Of a stretch of DNA of 64,000 bases, positions 1 through 14,669 are shown piece after piece. The stretch spans positions 76,198,001 through 76,262,000 of the forward strand of contig OX597825.1 of NCBI GenBank assembly GCA_951406725.2, written 5' to 3'. Both the position numbers and the translations under genes were made by a program. How positions within the stretch are numbered: the stretch's first letter is position 1; each line of letters starts with the position of its first letter. The DNA is from Octopus vulgaris (taxonomy: Eukaryota). The notes under the pieces were generated by a model, which saw nothing but the letters and a program-made list of their open reading frames with translations, did not search any database and was not told the DNA's origin.

Positions 1-13
1 GCTATGCTTGTGC

Positions 14-79
<66 letters not shown>

Positions 80-86
<7 letters not shown>

Positions 87-600
87 ATCTAATGTAGGAT
101 AAAATTTTTTCATACTACTTTATGTTGTCTCAATGCTGTATGAAGAAAAAAAATTTTATCAGCAAAAAAATTTTATCCTACATTAGATATAAATTTAATA
201 GTCATTTACTTTCGGACTCTCCCACTCCGTGAGTGCCTCAGTTCAAATTGCACGTGTCTTTAATGGGCTGGAGTATTTCTATGTTGGATTTATTTGGGGT
301 ACTTAGTTGTGCTCATGACTTAGTGTTTGCTTTTTCCATGGGTATGAGTAAGTATCTCATTTACTTTTTTGCCACATGTATCACTGATGAAGGGAGGGTT
401 CTTTTTGAACTAACCCTGAAATCGGTCCGATATGGTAATAATGGAATTTTTTAGAGATGTCTGTCAACCTTTTTTCGAGTAGTGTGTGTACTGGGAAAAA
501 AATTATATGGTAAATGGACAGTATGTCCAATTTTCGGCATATTTGGCATTAGAAATTTTTTTGTTTGCCCTTATTTATAAGTTATATATATATTTAGATA
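80..600 (+). mobile_element. Penelope pLTR-derived mini-element between (TA)n/(CA)n tracts
   Basis: Short inverted repeat 85-110/164-190 plus hammerhead core at 379-432. Confidence 0.45.
379..432 (+). ncRNA. Hammerhead ribozyme-like motif (Penelope pLTR type)
   Basis: tatca-CTGATGA-aggg...ccct-GAAA-tcg-GTC-cgata; core intact, one stem I mismatch. Confidence 0.6.
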
Positions 601-849
601 TACACACTCACACACACACATTTATAAATATGATATATATATATGTGAATCATAATTTGTATGTATATATCAGGGATACTGGAAAATGATATATTTTCAA
701 TCAAATTGTCTGAAGTCATATAAGGAATAGGTTATAAGTCAATAAAAGTGTCCTTCCAATCAACCACTTGGCATAGAGTAAATAGACAAACATTAATGTG
801 AGCACTCACTGTGTGTGTGTGTGTGTGTGAATGTGTTCTGTCTGATATG

Positions 850-1470
850 CCATGGAAGACAAGGACCCTAGTGAGCTGCATTCTCAGCGTTACATGCTTT
901 ATAATTTTCATAAGGGCAACAATGCAGCACATGTAATGTACTATATATGCTGACAGTATGAGAGTTCAGAAGTGTTAAAGGTGGTTTAACAAATTCAAAA
1001 ATGGTGACCAGAAAGATTGAATATTCTCAGTAATGACTCAGTGAAACAAGCAATTGAAGAGGATCTGCATCCAAGTATTGGGGCACTTATCCTGGAAGCT
1101 TAATAAACCTCAGTCCTCAGTACAAGATCATCTGAAGCAGCATGAGGGAGTGTATAGAGAAAAGAAGTGGGTACCTCATGGGATGTCCCCTGAGAAAAAG
1201 CAGTGCTTTCAACTAGCTAACGTAAGAAAACTTAAATTAATGAGGCTGGGAAGCTCTTCCTCATCCTTCATATTCATTCAGGTCACTTGAACACTTTAAC
1301 AGTAGAAAAATATTCAGAGGCAAAGACAATGTTGAAATAACACTCCAACCATTTTTCTGTTTTAAGAATCTGGTTTTTGTCTAAGGAATCAGAAAACTAG
1401 TTTTGAGGCAGCAAAATATTATTGCTAAGGATGGTGATTGTGTTTTGGATAAATAAATATATTTATGATA
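850..1470 (+). mobile_element. Highly decayed mariner transposase remnant
   Basis: Fragments resembling the mariner HTH region (YNFHKGNNAA, RWFNKFKNGD, KWVPH) with stops and deletions. Confidence 0.5.
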
Positions 1471-1522
1471 TGTTTCATGCTGATTTGAACACATTACATG
1501 TAACAGTACATTATGGTACTCC

Positions 1523-1556
<34 letters not shown>

Positions 1557-1559
1557 AAC

Positions 1560-1905
1560 TCTGCTGAAGCAAGTGAAATCGAAATTGAAATCAAATTCGA
1601 TGACTGGCATCCATTCTAGTGGAGCGCTAAGAGTACCATCCAAGCATGATCGTTGCCAGAGCAACAAACTGGCTTCCATGCCAGTGGCACGCAAAAAGCA
1701 CCATTCGAGCGTGATTGTTACTTGTGTCGCCTTACTAGCACTTGTGCTGGTGGCACATGAAAAAACATTCGAGCAAGGTCATTGCCAGTGCCGTTGGACT
1801 GGCTCCTGTGCAGCCATATGGTTTGCAAGACCTCAGTCAAATCGTCCAACCCATGCTAGCATGGAAAGCAGACGTTAAACGATGATGATGATGATGATGA
1901 TGGTG
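1560..1905 (+). mobile_element. RTE 3'-tail element (truncated LINE or SINE) ending in (GAT)n
   Basis: Matches the 3' UTR of the LINE at 18780-19280; ends ccatgctagcatggaaagcagacgttaaac(gat)n. Confidence 0.75.
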
Positions 1906-2250
1906 ATGATATATATATGTGTGTATATATATAAACACATACACACACACTCACACACACACACACACACACATATATTGAATACATAAACACATACATA
2001 CACCAAAACAGAGTAGCATAAGGTAGATTTTCTATCTGGCCAGCTCCTGTGAAGTATCCTACTTATGCATGCATGAAAGATGTACATTAAACGATGATGA
2101 CGATGATGATGATGATGATGGTGATGATATATACACATATAAAAACGTGTGTGTGCTTGTGCGCGTGTGATCATGCAATTAAAAATAGTCATGCATTTCT
2201 ACTCATATTCATAACACTAAAAAAGGAGCCAAACATACACATACACACAC

Positions 2251-2281
<31 letters not shown>

Positions 2282-2828
2282 CATACACACAGTCATAAAC
2301 TAAGTGCAAAGTGCATATACACATTATACAATAGAAACATGCATACAATGTGTAACTTTGAGAAATATATATGCATATGTATGTGTGTGTGTGTGTGCAT
2401 GAGTGTGTGTGAGTGTGTGTGTGTGTGTGCATGAGTGTGTGTTGTGTGTGTGTGTGTGTGTTGTTGTTGTTTATTCCAAGGCAGCCATGATGAAGTAGGC
2501 TCTTATAATGGAAAGTATTTCAGGCCATGGCCATCTGTTCTGGAAACGTCATCTGTTTAGGACTACAATAGCAATTATGCCCTTCCTTTTCCTTTGGTTA
2601 CAACTTGGATGCCATGACCATCCCATTTGTTTTTGTTTTCAGCCGTAGTGTATCTTGGACTACATTATCTACCATTTTGTTTTCTTTTTCCTGTCTGAGG
2701 ACAAGTTTTGGGGAGAATTTATTTCTAGCAATTTGAACTAACACAGTAGGGTGACTGTTGCAGTTTGACCCCTGGTCAGCCGTAGTCAAGCAGACTTTTG
2801 ATCAAAGACAATAAGAACACGCATATAC

Positions 2829-3238
2829 TCTTTTACTCTTTACTTGTTTCAGTCATTTGACTGCGGCCATGCTGGAGCACCACATTTAGTCGAGCAAATC
2901 GACCCCGGGACTTATTCTTTGTAAGCCCAGTACTTATTCTATCGGTCTCTTTTGCCGAACCGCTAAGTGACGGGGACGTAAACACACCAGCATCGGTTGT
3001 CAAGCAATGCTAGGGGGGACAAACACAGACACACAAACATATACACACACATACATATATATATACATATATACGACAGGCTTCTTTCAGTTTCTGTCTA
3101 CCAAATCCACTCACAAGGCTTTGGTCGGCCCGAGGCTATAGCAGAAGATACTTGCCCAAGATGCCACGCAGTGGGACTGAACCCGGAACCATGTGGTTGG
3201 TTAGCAAGCTACTTACTACACAGCCACTCCTGCGCCTA
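2829..3238 (-). mobile_element. tRNA-derived SINE (octopus type)
   Basis: Reverse complement of the 36123-36520 copy; A box TGGCTGTGTAG, B box GGTTCAGTCCC. Confidence 0.85.
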
Positions 3239-3431
3239 TGCATATGTGCATAGTTCTGTGTGAATATATATGTATATGCGTGTGAGTGTATGTGTGTATG
3301 TATGTATGCTTGTACATGTGTGTACAGATATCTCTCTATTGTAATGTCAGATATTTTCACTTTAATAATTTCAATTTAATAGTTTCACTTTAATACAGAA
3401 ACTATTAAAGTGAAACTATTATCTCACATAT

Positions 3432-3462
<31 letters not shown>

Positions 3463-3577
3463 CATACATATATAGAGTCATCATCATCATCATTGTTTAA
3501 CGTCCGTTTTCCATGCTAGCACGAGTTATGTATATATTATGTATATATATATATATATACATACATATATATATATA

Positions 3578-3630
<53 letters not shown>

Positions 3631-3705
3631 ATGTATGTATGTATGTATGTATACATCTGCACAAATGTATATATATATATGTATATGTATAGCTGTATGT
3701 GTATA

Positions 3706-5260
3706 CAGTGGGGTGAGGGAATAAATATTCGTACGTGTCAAAATTCTTTATTTATTTAATTTCTAATGAACATAAATGGGATATACCAATACTATATTTG
3801 CATATACATGCATAAACTAAGAATATGCAAAAGAAACTAATAAATTATAGTAACTTAGGAATTTATATTCAATTATAAATATTTAGGGGTGAAAAAAGTA
3901 TTCGTACAGAACATAAATAACTGATAATTCTGATTTAATACTTCGTAGCATAACCATTATTCACTTCCACTTCAATGAATCTCTTCTTGTAGTTCTTAAT
4001 CAATGACTCGCATGCTTCTTTAGGAATTTTTTCCCATTCTTCTTGACAAATTTTCTTCAATTCTGCAACGCACATTGGGGCTCTTGAATGAATTTTAATT
4101 TTCAAATAATGCCACAAATTTTCAATGGGGCTCAAGTCAGGTGACTGGCTTGGTCATTCTAATTATTTTATATTGTGATCGACAATCCATTTTTTGATAG
4201 ACTTCGCCATGTGCTTAGGATTGTTATCCTGTTGTAAAACCCACCCTTCACAAAGCTGGAGCTTTTCTACAGAGTCCCATAAATCATTGTTCAAAATATT
4301 TTGGTACATCTCTGCATTCATTCTACCATCTATCACATGTAAATTGCCAGTACCATTTGCAGAGAAACAACCCCTACACCATGATGTTGCCACCTCCAAA
4401 CTTTACAGTAGGAATTGTGTTTTTCAGTGAATATGTGGTACCATCTTTCCTCCGAACATGGCTACACGAATTTCGTCCAAACAATTCAATTTTCGACTTG
4501 TCTGTCCATAGAACATTTTCCCAGAATGTATGAGATTTATCTTTATGTTCATAAGCAAATTTCAAACAGGCATTTCTATGCCTTTTAGTCAACAGCAGAG
4601 TTTTTCTAAGAGAGCATGATTTCAGTTCATTCCTATGAAGTTCATTGCTGATTGTTCATAGTGTAACACTAGTCCCTGGAGCTAACAAATCTTCTTGCAA
4701 CTCCTTTCTGGTGATCATTGCGTTTTTTCCGTTTCTTTGCTTCATTTTTCTTAAAGATCTAGGGGAAATCTTGCATGGTGCACCGGATCTTATTCTGTTT
4801 TCAATAGTTCCCGATTTTTTTATATCTTTGAATAAATTAAGATATGGTAGAAAATGAAATACAAAGAGTCTCTGATATTTTCCTGTAGCTTTTACCTGCT
4901 TTCCACTGTTCAATAATTAATTTTTTCACTGAATTTGTGGGTTCTTTACTTTTCGCCATTATTACGTTACTACTTTATGTTGTCTCAATGCTGTATGAAG
5001 AAGCTAGTGTTGTGACACTTAAAAATGACAACTGATAAGATTATTGGAACAAATGAGAAAGTTCTAGTAAAGAAAAAATTATTTTAACAGTATTTTGTGG
5101 CATAGAAAATCATAAATTTATTCTGTATGAATATTTTTTCACCCCTAAATAATTATAATTGTATATAAATTAATTAGTTACTATAATTTATTAGTTTCTT
5201 TTGCATATTCTTCGTTTATGCATGTGTACGCATATATAATATTGGTATATCCCATTTATG
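3706..5260 (-). mobile_element. Tc1-like DNA transposon, frameshifted transposase, long TIRs (right TIR truncated)
   Basis: TA|CAGTG terminus; ~3770-3915 inverted at ~5115-5260; motifs VLWTD-SKIELFG, TVKFGGGNIMV, QQDNNPKH, SPIENLW in ORFs 3935-4913. Confidence 0.9.
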
Positions 5261-6579
5261 GGATCTTTTCGCTTTGACCGGCAGATTTTTTAAATAATTT
5301 CTTTGTAACTGAACACTTTTAAACTTCGTATACTGGTAGAATGTGTTTATAAAACATCTTTTTCTCTTGGCTTTCTTGAGAAAATTCTGTAGTTTGTAAG
5401 CTATTTCCTCTTTAATTTCTTAATTTTCAGCAATTTCAACCAATCAATGACGTCTATTGAGGTGAAATCAATATCTGCTGAAGTTTGTCAACAACAATTG
5501 GGTCTTTTCCTTTTGATGGACGGAATTCAACACAATTTCTAGTTAACTAAACAATTTGAAACTTCGTATACTGGTAGAATGAGTCAAAAGAAAACATTAT
5601 TTTCACTTGGCTTTTTTGAGAAAATTGTAATTTGCCTGCTATTATACACACATATATATATATTATACACACATATATATATATACACACACACACATAT
5701 ATATATATACACACATATATATATACACATATACATACATGTATGTTTAAAGGCTATCTAGCCATAGAAAATCTGACCACCCCATGCAAGCATGGAAAAC
5801 ATGATGTTAAAATGATGATGATGATAAGAAAGATATACACACACACACACATACACGCAAATATACATGCATATACATGTGTGTGTGTGTACATGGAACT
5901 ACATGAAGCCACAATAGTTGACATATATGTCAATCGTGCAATATGATATACATGCATGCACTACAATATATTCATTAAGACACATTTTAAAGTGTATAAT
6001 AGATCATAAAGTACTTCACTTACTTTGTATCTTTTTGATTACCTCTTTCTTTCTTTCTCTCTTTCTCTCTCTTTCTCTTTTCTTTCTCTCTATCTATTCC
6101 ACTCTTTCTCTCTTACTCATACACATACATTATCTACACACAGACACAATGTAAACATAATCTGTACGATACTCACATTCATATCCGCATACTTGCACAC
6201 TTATACAATAACACACACACACACTGAATAATACTTGTGTTTTCATAGCATTGCTTCATCTGTTGTCGTTGGTGTCACTTTACCAACATCCTATTTGGCA
6301 GTGTTTGGCTGAACTGTTAGTGTATTAGACAAAATACCTTACAGCATTTAGTTACAGCTCCTCCCATTTTGAGTTCAAATCCTACCGAGGTAAACTTTAC
6401 TTTTCATCATTCCAGGCATTGAAAAGAATAAAGTACAAATACAATTTCGATTTTTCTGGAGCCTTTGCTTTCAAAACCTTTCATGATTACTGATATTTCT
6501 AAACTAAGGGTGGCCACTATGGTTATCAAACTCCAAATTAAACAAATATGAATTTAACATAAATAATTAAATGAAATAC

Positions 6580-7045
6580 AGTGCCAGTGCCGCCCCGACT
6601 GGCCTCGTGCCGGTGGCACGTAAAAAGCACCACCCATTCGTGGCTGTTGCCAGCCTCGCCTGGCCCCATGCCAGTGGCACGTAAAAAGCACCACCCGTTC
6701 ATGGCTGTTGCCAGCCTGGCTTGGCCCCATGCCGGTGGCACGTAAAAAGCACCACCCGTTCATGGCTGTTGCCAGCCTCGCCTGGCCCCATGCCGGTGGC
6801 ACGTAAAAAGCACCATCCGTCCTGGGCCGTTTTCCAGCTCCGTCTGGCACCTGTGCGGGTGGCACGTAAAAAGCACCCACTACACTCACAGAGTGGTTGG
6901 CGTTAGGAAGGGCATCCAGCCGTAGAAACACTGCCAGATCAGACTGGGCCTGATACAGCCTTCTGGCTTCACAGGCCCCAATTGAACTGCCCAACCCATG
7001 CTAGCATGGAAAGCGGACACTAAATGATGATGATGATGATGATGT
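6580..7045 (+). mobile_element. RTE 3'-tail element with internal ~61-bp tandem repeat (about 4 copies)
   Basis: ccggtggcacgtaaaaagcacc units at ~6610, 6671, 6732, 6793; (GAT)n tail. Confidence 0.75.
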
Positions 7046-7224
7046 ATCTGTACATTTGCATAAATTATACAAGTCCATTAATGCTATACTGCGCAAAGTA
7101 TTAGTCTGTGCAAAGTACTAGTAAACTAATCCGGTGACCAAAGGAGTTTGAAGTCCCTGCTTGTAAATTAGTGTGGATCATAGGATGTTTTGAACCATCA
7201 ATGTCTGGAAAATTGGTGTTTTAC

Positions 7225-7324
7225 CTGTAAAAGTAATATTTTGTGGTCGATTTCTATTCACATAATGTAATCTTGATGTGAATGGAGTTGAAATAGGAGA
7301 CTGACATAAGAAATTTAGACGATT
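7225..7324 (-). CDS. Candidate internal exon of a second, unidentified gene (NRLNFLCQSPISTPFTSRLHYVNRNRPQNITFT)
   Basis: Non-repetitive; acceptor ggttgtag; donor CAG|gtaaaa; only one open frame; product not recognised. Confidence 0.3.
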
Positions 7325-7589
7325 CTACAACCAAAGGCCTTCCTACTCATTAGCAAAAACCAACAAACCAATACCCTTCTGTCAATGGCTCATTTAATGT
7401 CCACCTTCCATGTTTGCATGGGTTAGACAGAATCTGTTGAGGTGAATTTTCTACAACTGGATGTCTTTTTTTTTTTATCAAATGTATCTAAATGGAGATG
7501 TGTCTTCTATGTGAGAAAAAACTGTTATTTTTAGCATGTTGGCACCAATAGAACTCTTCACTATTAACTACCTTCCAATCAGGTAGTAC

Positions 7590-8530
7590 TGTCATCGGCC
7601 ACGACAATAATTTCACTTGCCTCAACAGGTCTTCGCAAGAGCAGTTTATTGCCCAACGATTGAAGGGTACTCTTAAATGGTTTGGTTATGCCGCACTGGC
7701 ATAGACCACAGTTACAGTCTCACTTGGCTTGCTGGATCTTCTCAAGCATAGCATATCTCCAAAAGTCTCAGTCCCTTGTCATTACCTCGGTGAGGCCTAA
7801 TATTCGAAGGCATTGCTTCACCACCTCATCCCAGGTCTTCCTGGGTCTATCTCTTCCACAAGTTCCCTCTACTGCTAGGGTGTGACACTTTTTTGCACAG
7901 CTGTCCTCATCCATTCGCAACACGTGACCATACTAGTGCAGTTGTCTCTCTTGCAAACCACATCTAATGCTTCTTCAGTCCAACTTTTCTCTCAGGGTAC
8001 TTACACTCTGTCATGTATGCACACTGATATTACACATCCAATGGAGCATACTGGCTTCATTCCTTGCAATCTTACGCATGTCCTCAGCAGCCATGGCCCA
8101 TATTTCACTGCTGTGTAGCTTGGCTGTTCGCATACATGCGTCATACAGTTTACCTTTTACTCTGGACAAGAGGCCCTTTGTCACCAGCAGGGGTAGGAGC
8201 TCTCTGAACTTAGCCCAGGCTATTCTTATTCTAGCAGCAACACTTTCAGAGCATCCACCCCACTCTACTGACTTGATCACCTAGGTAACAGAAGCTATCA
8301 ACTACTTCTAGTTTACCCCACTGAAATGTGATGGAGGCTGTTTTCTGCACATTTTCAGTGTTTATTGCTCCTGAGCATTTGCCACATACAAAAACTATCT
8401 TCCCAGGTAGCCTTCCTTTGATATTGCTGCACCTCTTATGAGTCCATTGCTTACACTGGGTACACCTTATGGAGTTTCTACATACACCTTTTCCACAGAT
8501 CGAGCAGGGCCATCAACCTGAAGAGATTTG
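7590..8530 (-). mobile_element. RTE LINE 3' fragment
   Basis: GGCSESVAARIRIAWAKFRELLPLL; homologous to ~17940-18720. Confidence 0.85.
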
Positions 8531-9114
8531 TATATATATATATGTATATACGTATGTGTGTGTGTGAGTGTGTGTTTGTGTATGTGTGCATAAATCTATG
8601 TGTGTGTGTTTGTGTGTATATATATATGTATACATTTACGTACATGTGTATAAGTGTATGTGTGTGTATATATAAATATGTGTATGCATGCATGTGTGTA
8701 TGTATATGCGCTTATATGTGAGACTGTTGGCATATGCATAGGTGTATGAACACGTGTGAAGGTATGCATGTGCATATATGAATATAAGTAGATATGTGTG
8801 TAATATGTTTGTCCATTCATCTGCCATTGTTGGATGTACCCTGAGTGATATGGGTATAGAATGCATCAAATTGTCTACAAGCTGCCTGAATACTAAAGCA
8901 ACTGTGACGATAGATTTTTGATGTAGTTATCTTCTCACCATAGACTGTAGGAACTATGGTCGAAATTGGCCAAGTGAGCAGGGAACACCGATGCCTCTGT
9001 GTGGGTGTATGTATGGTGTGTGTGTGTGTGTGAATGTGTGTATATATGCCTATATACATCCCAACCTATGTTAGCAAGTATACCAGCCCTTCACCCCCTA
9101 GACACTTTAGCCTG

Positions 9115-9255
<141 letters not shown>

Positions 9256-9397
9256 TTTTCTTTTCTTTCCTCTTCCTTTTTCTAGTACCATTCCTTTGTC
9301 TGAAATCTAATGTAACTTAATCCTTCTTTTCTCCTTCTATTCACTTCTGCAGACAAAAATTATTTTCTTTCTTTTTTCTTTCTTTCTTATCTACATT

Positions 9398-12300
9398 TAC
9401 CATATTTTCCGGTGTATAAGCTGCTATTTTTTACTTAGGAAATTTAGTGTGCGGCTAACAGAAAGGTGTGCCGAATGTGCATATTATTTACAAGTTTCAA
9501 GAGGAAAATAATTTGTGTATGGAGATCGAATGATTCCACTGATTCTTTCAGAGGAAAGGTCAGTCGGTGAACAATGTGAAAGACTACTGCTGCATTGGTG
9601 CCCGAAAGAAAACAAAGCATATTTGTTTTGCTTTACCATCATGTTTTGATAATATTATTTTTAATCTAATAAAGACTTTAATATTGACAAACTGTGTTTG
9701 TCATTGATTACAATAAGATAGAATCTAGTTCTTTTCATTCGCAAAATATGCATTTTTTAAAAGGAAGAAAAAAAATCTGAAAATCAGCTATAATAATGTA
9801 GTAATCCAGTCTCACTACTTTAAAGGTATGATGTTGGGGAGAAAAAAAATTGGAGGAAAAGTTACAGAGGTTTAAAAATTGTGAAAAAATTGGGTATTTT
9901 TAGCCAATAGAGAGACAGAAATTTTTTGCGTTTAGTGGAGTGGTGTCATCTTTAAGGTTGTACCCTGTAAAATTTATAGTTTAGCGTCTGACCTGTTCAT
10001 TGTAGGTTTCTAAATATACAGAAATACCTAATAAAATCAACATGTATCATCTTACTGTTTCTTTTGTCTCTTCATTGATTGTATTTTTTTATCATTTTTA
10101 AAAAATTTGTTATATTTATATATTTGTGTGCATGAGTTAACTTTATATGTATTTCAGTATCATGTATACCTGTCACGTATTTGTGTACATCTTTAATATA
10201 TAAGTGTATGTGTGTGTGTCAAAAACTCCAAAGTTGAGTAATGTTTCCATGCCAGAATTTGTAAATTATGATAGGAATAATACTAGTCAACAAAGAATTT
10301 GTCCCAAGGAAAAGAATACTTGTATCTTATATGTTTTTGCAAACAGAATTCAAAAATAATGTCAAATTATCTGTATCACCCATAGTTTCTCTGTTCCCCG
10401 ATATCCCTCTCAGTTCCTGTTATGTGGGCTAAATTTCAGTTAGGCTGTTGCAATGTGAAGCTAACAGTTTAAGAAATACTCCTAATTTAAATTTTTATGA
10501 ATGGAATTAACCTAGCGAAATCATAAACCCAGCCATCTGAGTCAATGAGTCCCCAAAATATATGAAATGAAAAATATGTAAAAATACTAACACACAGAAG
10601 CACAGAAAAATATGTAATATACTAACACAGAAAAATTAAAGCAAAACACATGAAAATAATCATGTGGTGTGAAGAATCAAGTGTGAAAAATCAACATAGA
10701 CAACAGTGAACCACAACACAGCATGCTGTTGTCACGGTAACAAGCTGCTAATGCCATGCTGTCTGTTGATTGGCTAAAATTACCCAAATTTCTCAACTTT
10801 AGTTCCAAATAACACCAGATTCTTTAATTTACAAGACAAAGTAATTAGTTGATTGTAATCAAAATTCAGAGTTGCATCGATACACCAAAATTAAAAGCAA
10901 TCTGATGGGGGTCATTTTGCGAATGAGAAAGACCAGATCCATAAGATAAAATCATAACAATAACAATACATCTCATGGTTGTAAAATAAGCACCAAAGAA
11001 TTATAAAGTAATCATACTGTTCTTTGAAAGCACTAGAAACCTAGTTTATTAACATTTATTCTCTGTCTGAATCACTGCTGAAACACTCAAAATCTTCATC
11101 TCTGTGTCTGAGTGGAACAGTTCTGCCAGCTCTGGTGTAAGGCAGGTGTCAAAGTTGACAAGTGGGTCATCATCTTCACTGTTGAAATCAGAGTCCGAGT
11201 CATCTGAAGGCAATAGCTCAGCTTTCTTGAAACCGTTGACTACTCATGTCTTTGGTACAGGCTTTGCTGCTGTATTCGCTCATGATGCGACTTCTGGAAG
11301 TGATGCATGGTGGGGTCTTCCAGTTGCTGTGAATGATTTCTTGCCCCTGATGTCATTCAGGTCTCCCACTGCATTTTCATGTGCATCTTGAATGTACAGT
11401 TAATGCTGATATCTAACAACTGAAGTAACTTAGTCATTCGGCCTGGTATAATGGCTGGTGTAGTGTTTATACGGCCTAGAGCGTCCTTCATGTCATCTTT
11501 AATTAGGGCACACATGCTGTCCATAACTAGAATTGCTCTGTGGCGGTGAAAGAATTCATCTGGATGCTTGACGAAATACTCTGTTATCCATGTTTTGCTC
11601 ATGTCGTTGTCCATCCAGCCCTTTTCATATACTTAACAGTGACGCTCTTTGGAAATTTGTCTTTTGGCATTATCTTTCTTTTGAAAATCAGCATTGGTGT
11701 TAGAAGAATACCAGAGGCAGTTCATGAGAGTACGCAGGTAAAACTGGATTGCTCATGGCTTGTTGTTTTAAGGCTTATGGCCTGGGTACCAACTTTTTCT
11801 ACAGTCTTGTCCATTGGCATGACAAAGATGAGTGAGACCTCGTTCCTTTTGATAACTTGGTCAGGGCTGACTGTGAAGTCTCATATTTTGTTCTTGCAGT
11901 ACTGTCTGAAAAGTCTGCGGGCAGAGTGCATCAGCATGGCTGCAGCTCTGAGCTGAAACTAGAAAGAAGAAGAGAAGAGTCTGACACACCATTGTTCTGG
12001 CTCTCAGTGACAGATGCTTTCTTTGCATGAACCGGAGACACCAGAAAGGTCCACCTTAGAAGTCGGTCAGCCCAAGGTCTTTGGTTAAGGATACTGCTTT
12101 CAGTCTTATCTGTACTGTGCTTGCACTTCAGTGTGATGCTCTCTGCTCAATCACCCAACTCTCAACCTGGTCTTCTAGGACTGGTCACCCAGCTATCTTG
12201 TCATGATTTGCTATTTTGGTCAGTTATAGTGAATCTTCTTGTTTGCGCCATAAACAGACCATGGATTTATTTATGTTGTACTGTCTTGCTGTGGCTCTGT

Positions 12301-12532
12301 TACCATTTTCTTTTGTGTAGTTGATACATTCTAACTTGAAGGCAGCTGCGTAACTCTTTCTTGGAGGCATTTTGAAACTACATACACATCAACAACAAAA
12401 AAGGTAGCTGCGGACCTGTAGCTCTATAGGTCCTTTAAACATCAGTGTGCTTTTATGTGTAGATAAAACCAAAATTTTCCCCAAAATTCAGCTTAAATAC
12501 TTATGCATTTTATAGATTAGAAAATGTGGTAT
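9398..12532 (-). mobile_element. pogo/Tigger-like DNA transposon remnant
   Basis: TIR taccatattttccggtgtataag with a degenerate partner near 12510-12532; start MPPRKSYAAAFKLE at ~12370; DDE_1-like motifs ILVMDS, IPGRMTKLLQLLDISIN. Confidence 0.7.
9721..10940. mobile_element. Non-autonomous TIR element nested in the pogo element
   Basis: TIRs gaatctagttcttttcattcgcaaaat / attttgcgaatgagaaagaccagatcc. Confidence 0.6.
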
Positions 12533-12830
12533 ATGCTTATATTTACAAATGTTTACCATTTTTGTTATGGAAAATTAATAGTAATGAAAATTGTAGAAAT
12601 GCTTCATTCCCTAACTCAACAGGTATATAACAACATGACTGCCTTAACTCAAGATCTTTAGCGAGACACTACTTTATGTATGGATGTACCTGATGCAACC
12701 TAGGCTGAAAAATGGATGGAACAGATGTTGAACAGAGTGCTACCCATAAGGGACAGTAGCAGGATGGATTGAAACAATCACTGTACAAAAGAAAGACTTA
12801 TGCCAAATCCATCTTCTGGTTACTTAATCA

Positions 12831-13873
12831 ATTATTGCCTCTGCCTTAGCGAAGGTGGAGGTATTGTTTTCAGTCATGTTTGTTTGTTTGTTTGTCCATA
12901 GACAAAATATCTCAAGAACAGCTGGATGGATTCAGATGAAACTTTCAGAAATGTTTGGCCTCGCAACTGGCACAAGCTGATTAGATTTTGGGATCAATCT
13001 GGTACTGGACAAGGATTCTAGATTATTTGTTATATTTACCTTACTTTACATGAAGTATTACGATCCTATGTTGACTTTCAAATCTTTCTCTGATTATCTC
13101 CCTCGAAAGCACACTCATGGTTTCCAAGTAAGTTATGGTGGTATTGCTGTTTCCAAAGTTCTATTTTCGTTTCTCTATTATTAATTTTACTTACATCTCT
13201 ATCTTAGTAGGAATCAAACTACATAAACAAATGACAGCAAAACCATTCAGGAATTAAATAACACTAGTGTATTCAGTAACAATGATAAATTTAATTTATC
13301 CTCAACAATTTTTAGTTTTATCAATTTTGAATATATTGCTCCTGTTTAAAACTTCTTACCTACATACCAATTGCATTTCTAGCTCTGTCTTGAAGGAAGC
13401 TTTACTTCTTGGACTCACATTTTTATGCGCAACGATGTTGTTAAACCTCTGTTAACAGCACTCTATACAGGTCCTTTCTGTTTTCTTTCACACAATTTTT
13501 CATTATAGATCTTAATGGTCATAAAGACACTGATATAATCAGTGGAAAGACTAAATAAGGCCTTCATAGAGAAAACTGTCCTTGTTCCCACTGCAGACAT
13601 CAAATACACAGCATTACAAACACAGACTGCACACTCCCCTTCACATTCCATGACTACCATTGGGATCAATCCGGTACCGGACAAGGATTCTAGATTATTT
13701 TTCCATTCTTTTTACTTAATGTTGGGAGTGGTCGGGTTCATTTTTAGTATTCCTGTTTGTGAGAGCTATTGAGTTTATTTCAGATACTCTCATTTTAAAA
13801 ATCATATCCGGCTAATCATTGAGAGGATGTTGGTGTTGCCTTGGCAGATGTTTGCACCACTCTCTTAGTGGTC

Positions 13874-13875
<2 letters not shown>
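12831..13875 (+). mobile_element. Helentron/HINE-like non-autonomous element
   Basis: 5' cctctgcc...ggtggagg hairpin followed by (TGTT)n; 3' ggcag sub-terminal repeat and hairpin; internal 40-bp direct repeat at ~12988 and ~13660. Confidence 0.45.
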
Positions 13876-13940
<65 letters not shown>

Positions 13941-14201
13941 TATAAGCACACACACATGCACACACAATTTTATAGTTATGAATAGTATCAAATTGACTTT
14001 GGCTTTCATCCTTTTAAGGTTAATGAAATAAGTACGAGCTGAGCATTGAGGTTAATGTAATAAACTTACCCAGTTTCCGAAATTGCTGGCCTCATGCCAA
14101 AATTTGAAACCAATATGTATAGTACAATTTCATGTTCTTTGTAGGATGTGTCTAAAATGTTAGATACATTAGACATACAAACACATACAAACACACACAC
14201 A

Positions 14202-14239
<38 letters not shown>

Positions 14240-14669
14240 CACACACTCCGTCCATCCTTCTAACTGATTTGATAGAAGTATATGCAAGTAGATTTGTTTA
14301 AAATTTTCTGAATTTTGAAGATTTAAATTGAGGTCAGTCAAGTAGTTGGGTTGAGGGGGGAGTATTAAAGTGAAGATGAGGATTATGATGATAAAAGTGG
14401 TGCTGTCATTGTTGTTGATGGTGATAAGTGACGGCGCCATTGTGATGCTGACGGAAAAGTGTGGCCTGATAATGACATTTGAAGAAGAGACAATAAATAA
14501 ATATACATTCATATATATACACTTGCATATAAACATGCACATATATACATATACACATATACACACACACACACATACATATATGTATGAATCCATCCGT
14601 CTGTCTGTCTGTCTATCTATCTGTCTATCTATCTATTTATTTATCTTAATATATATATATATACCTTTT

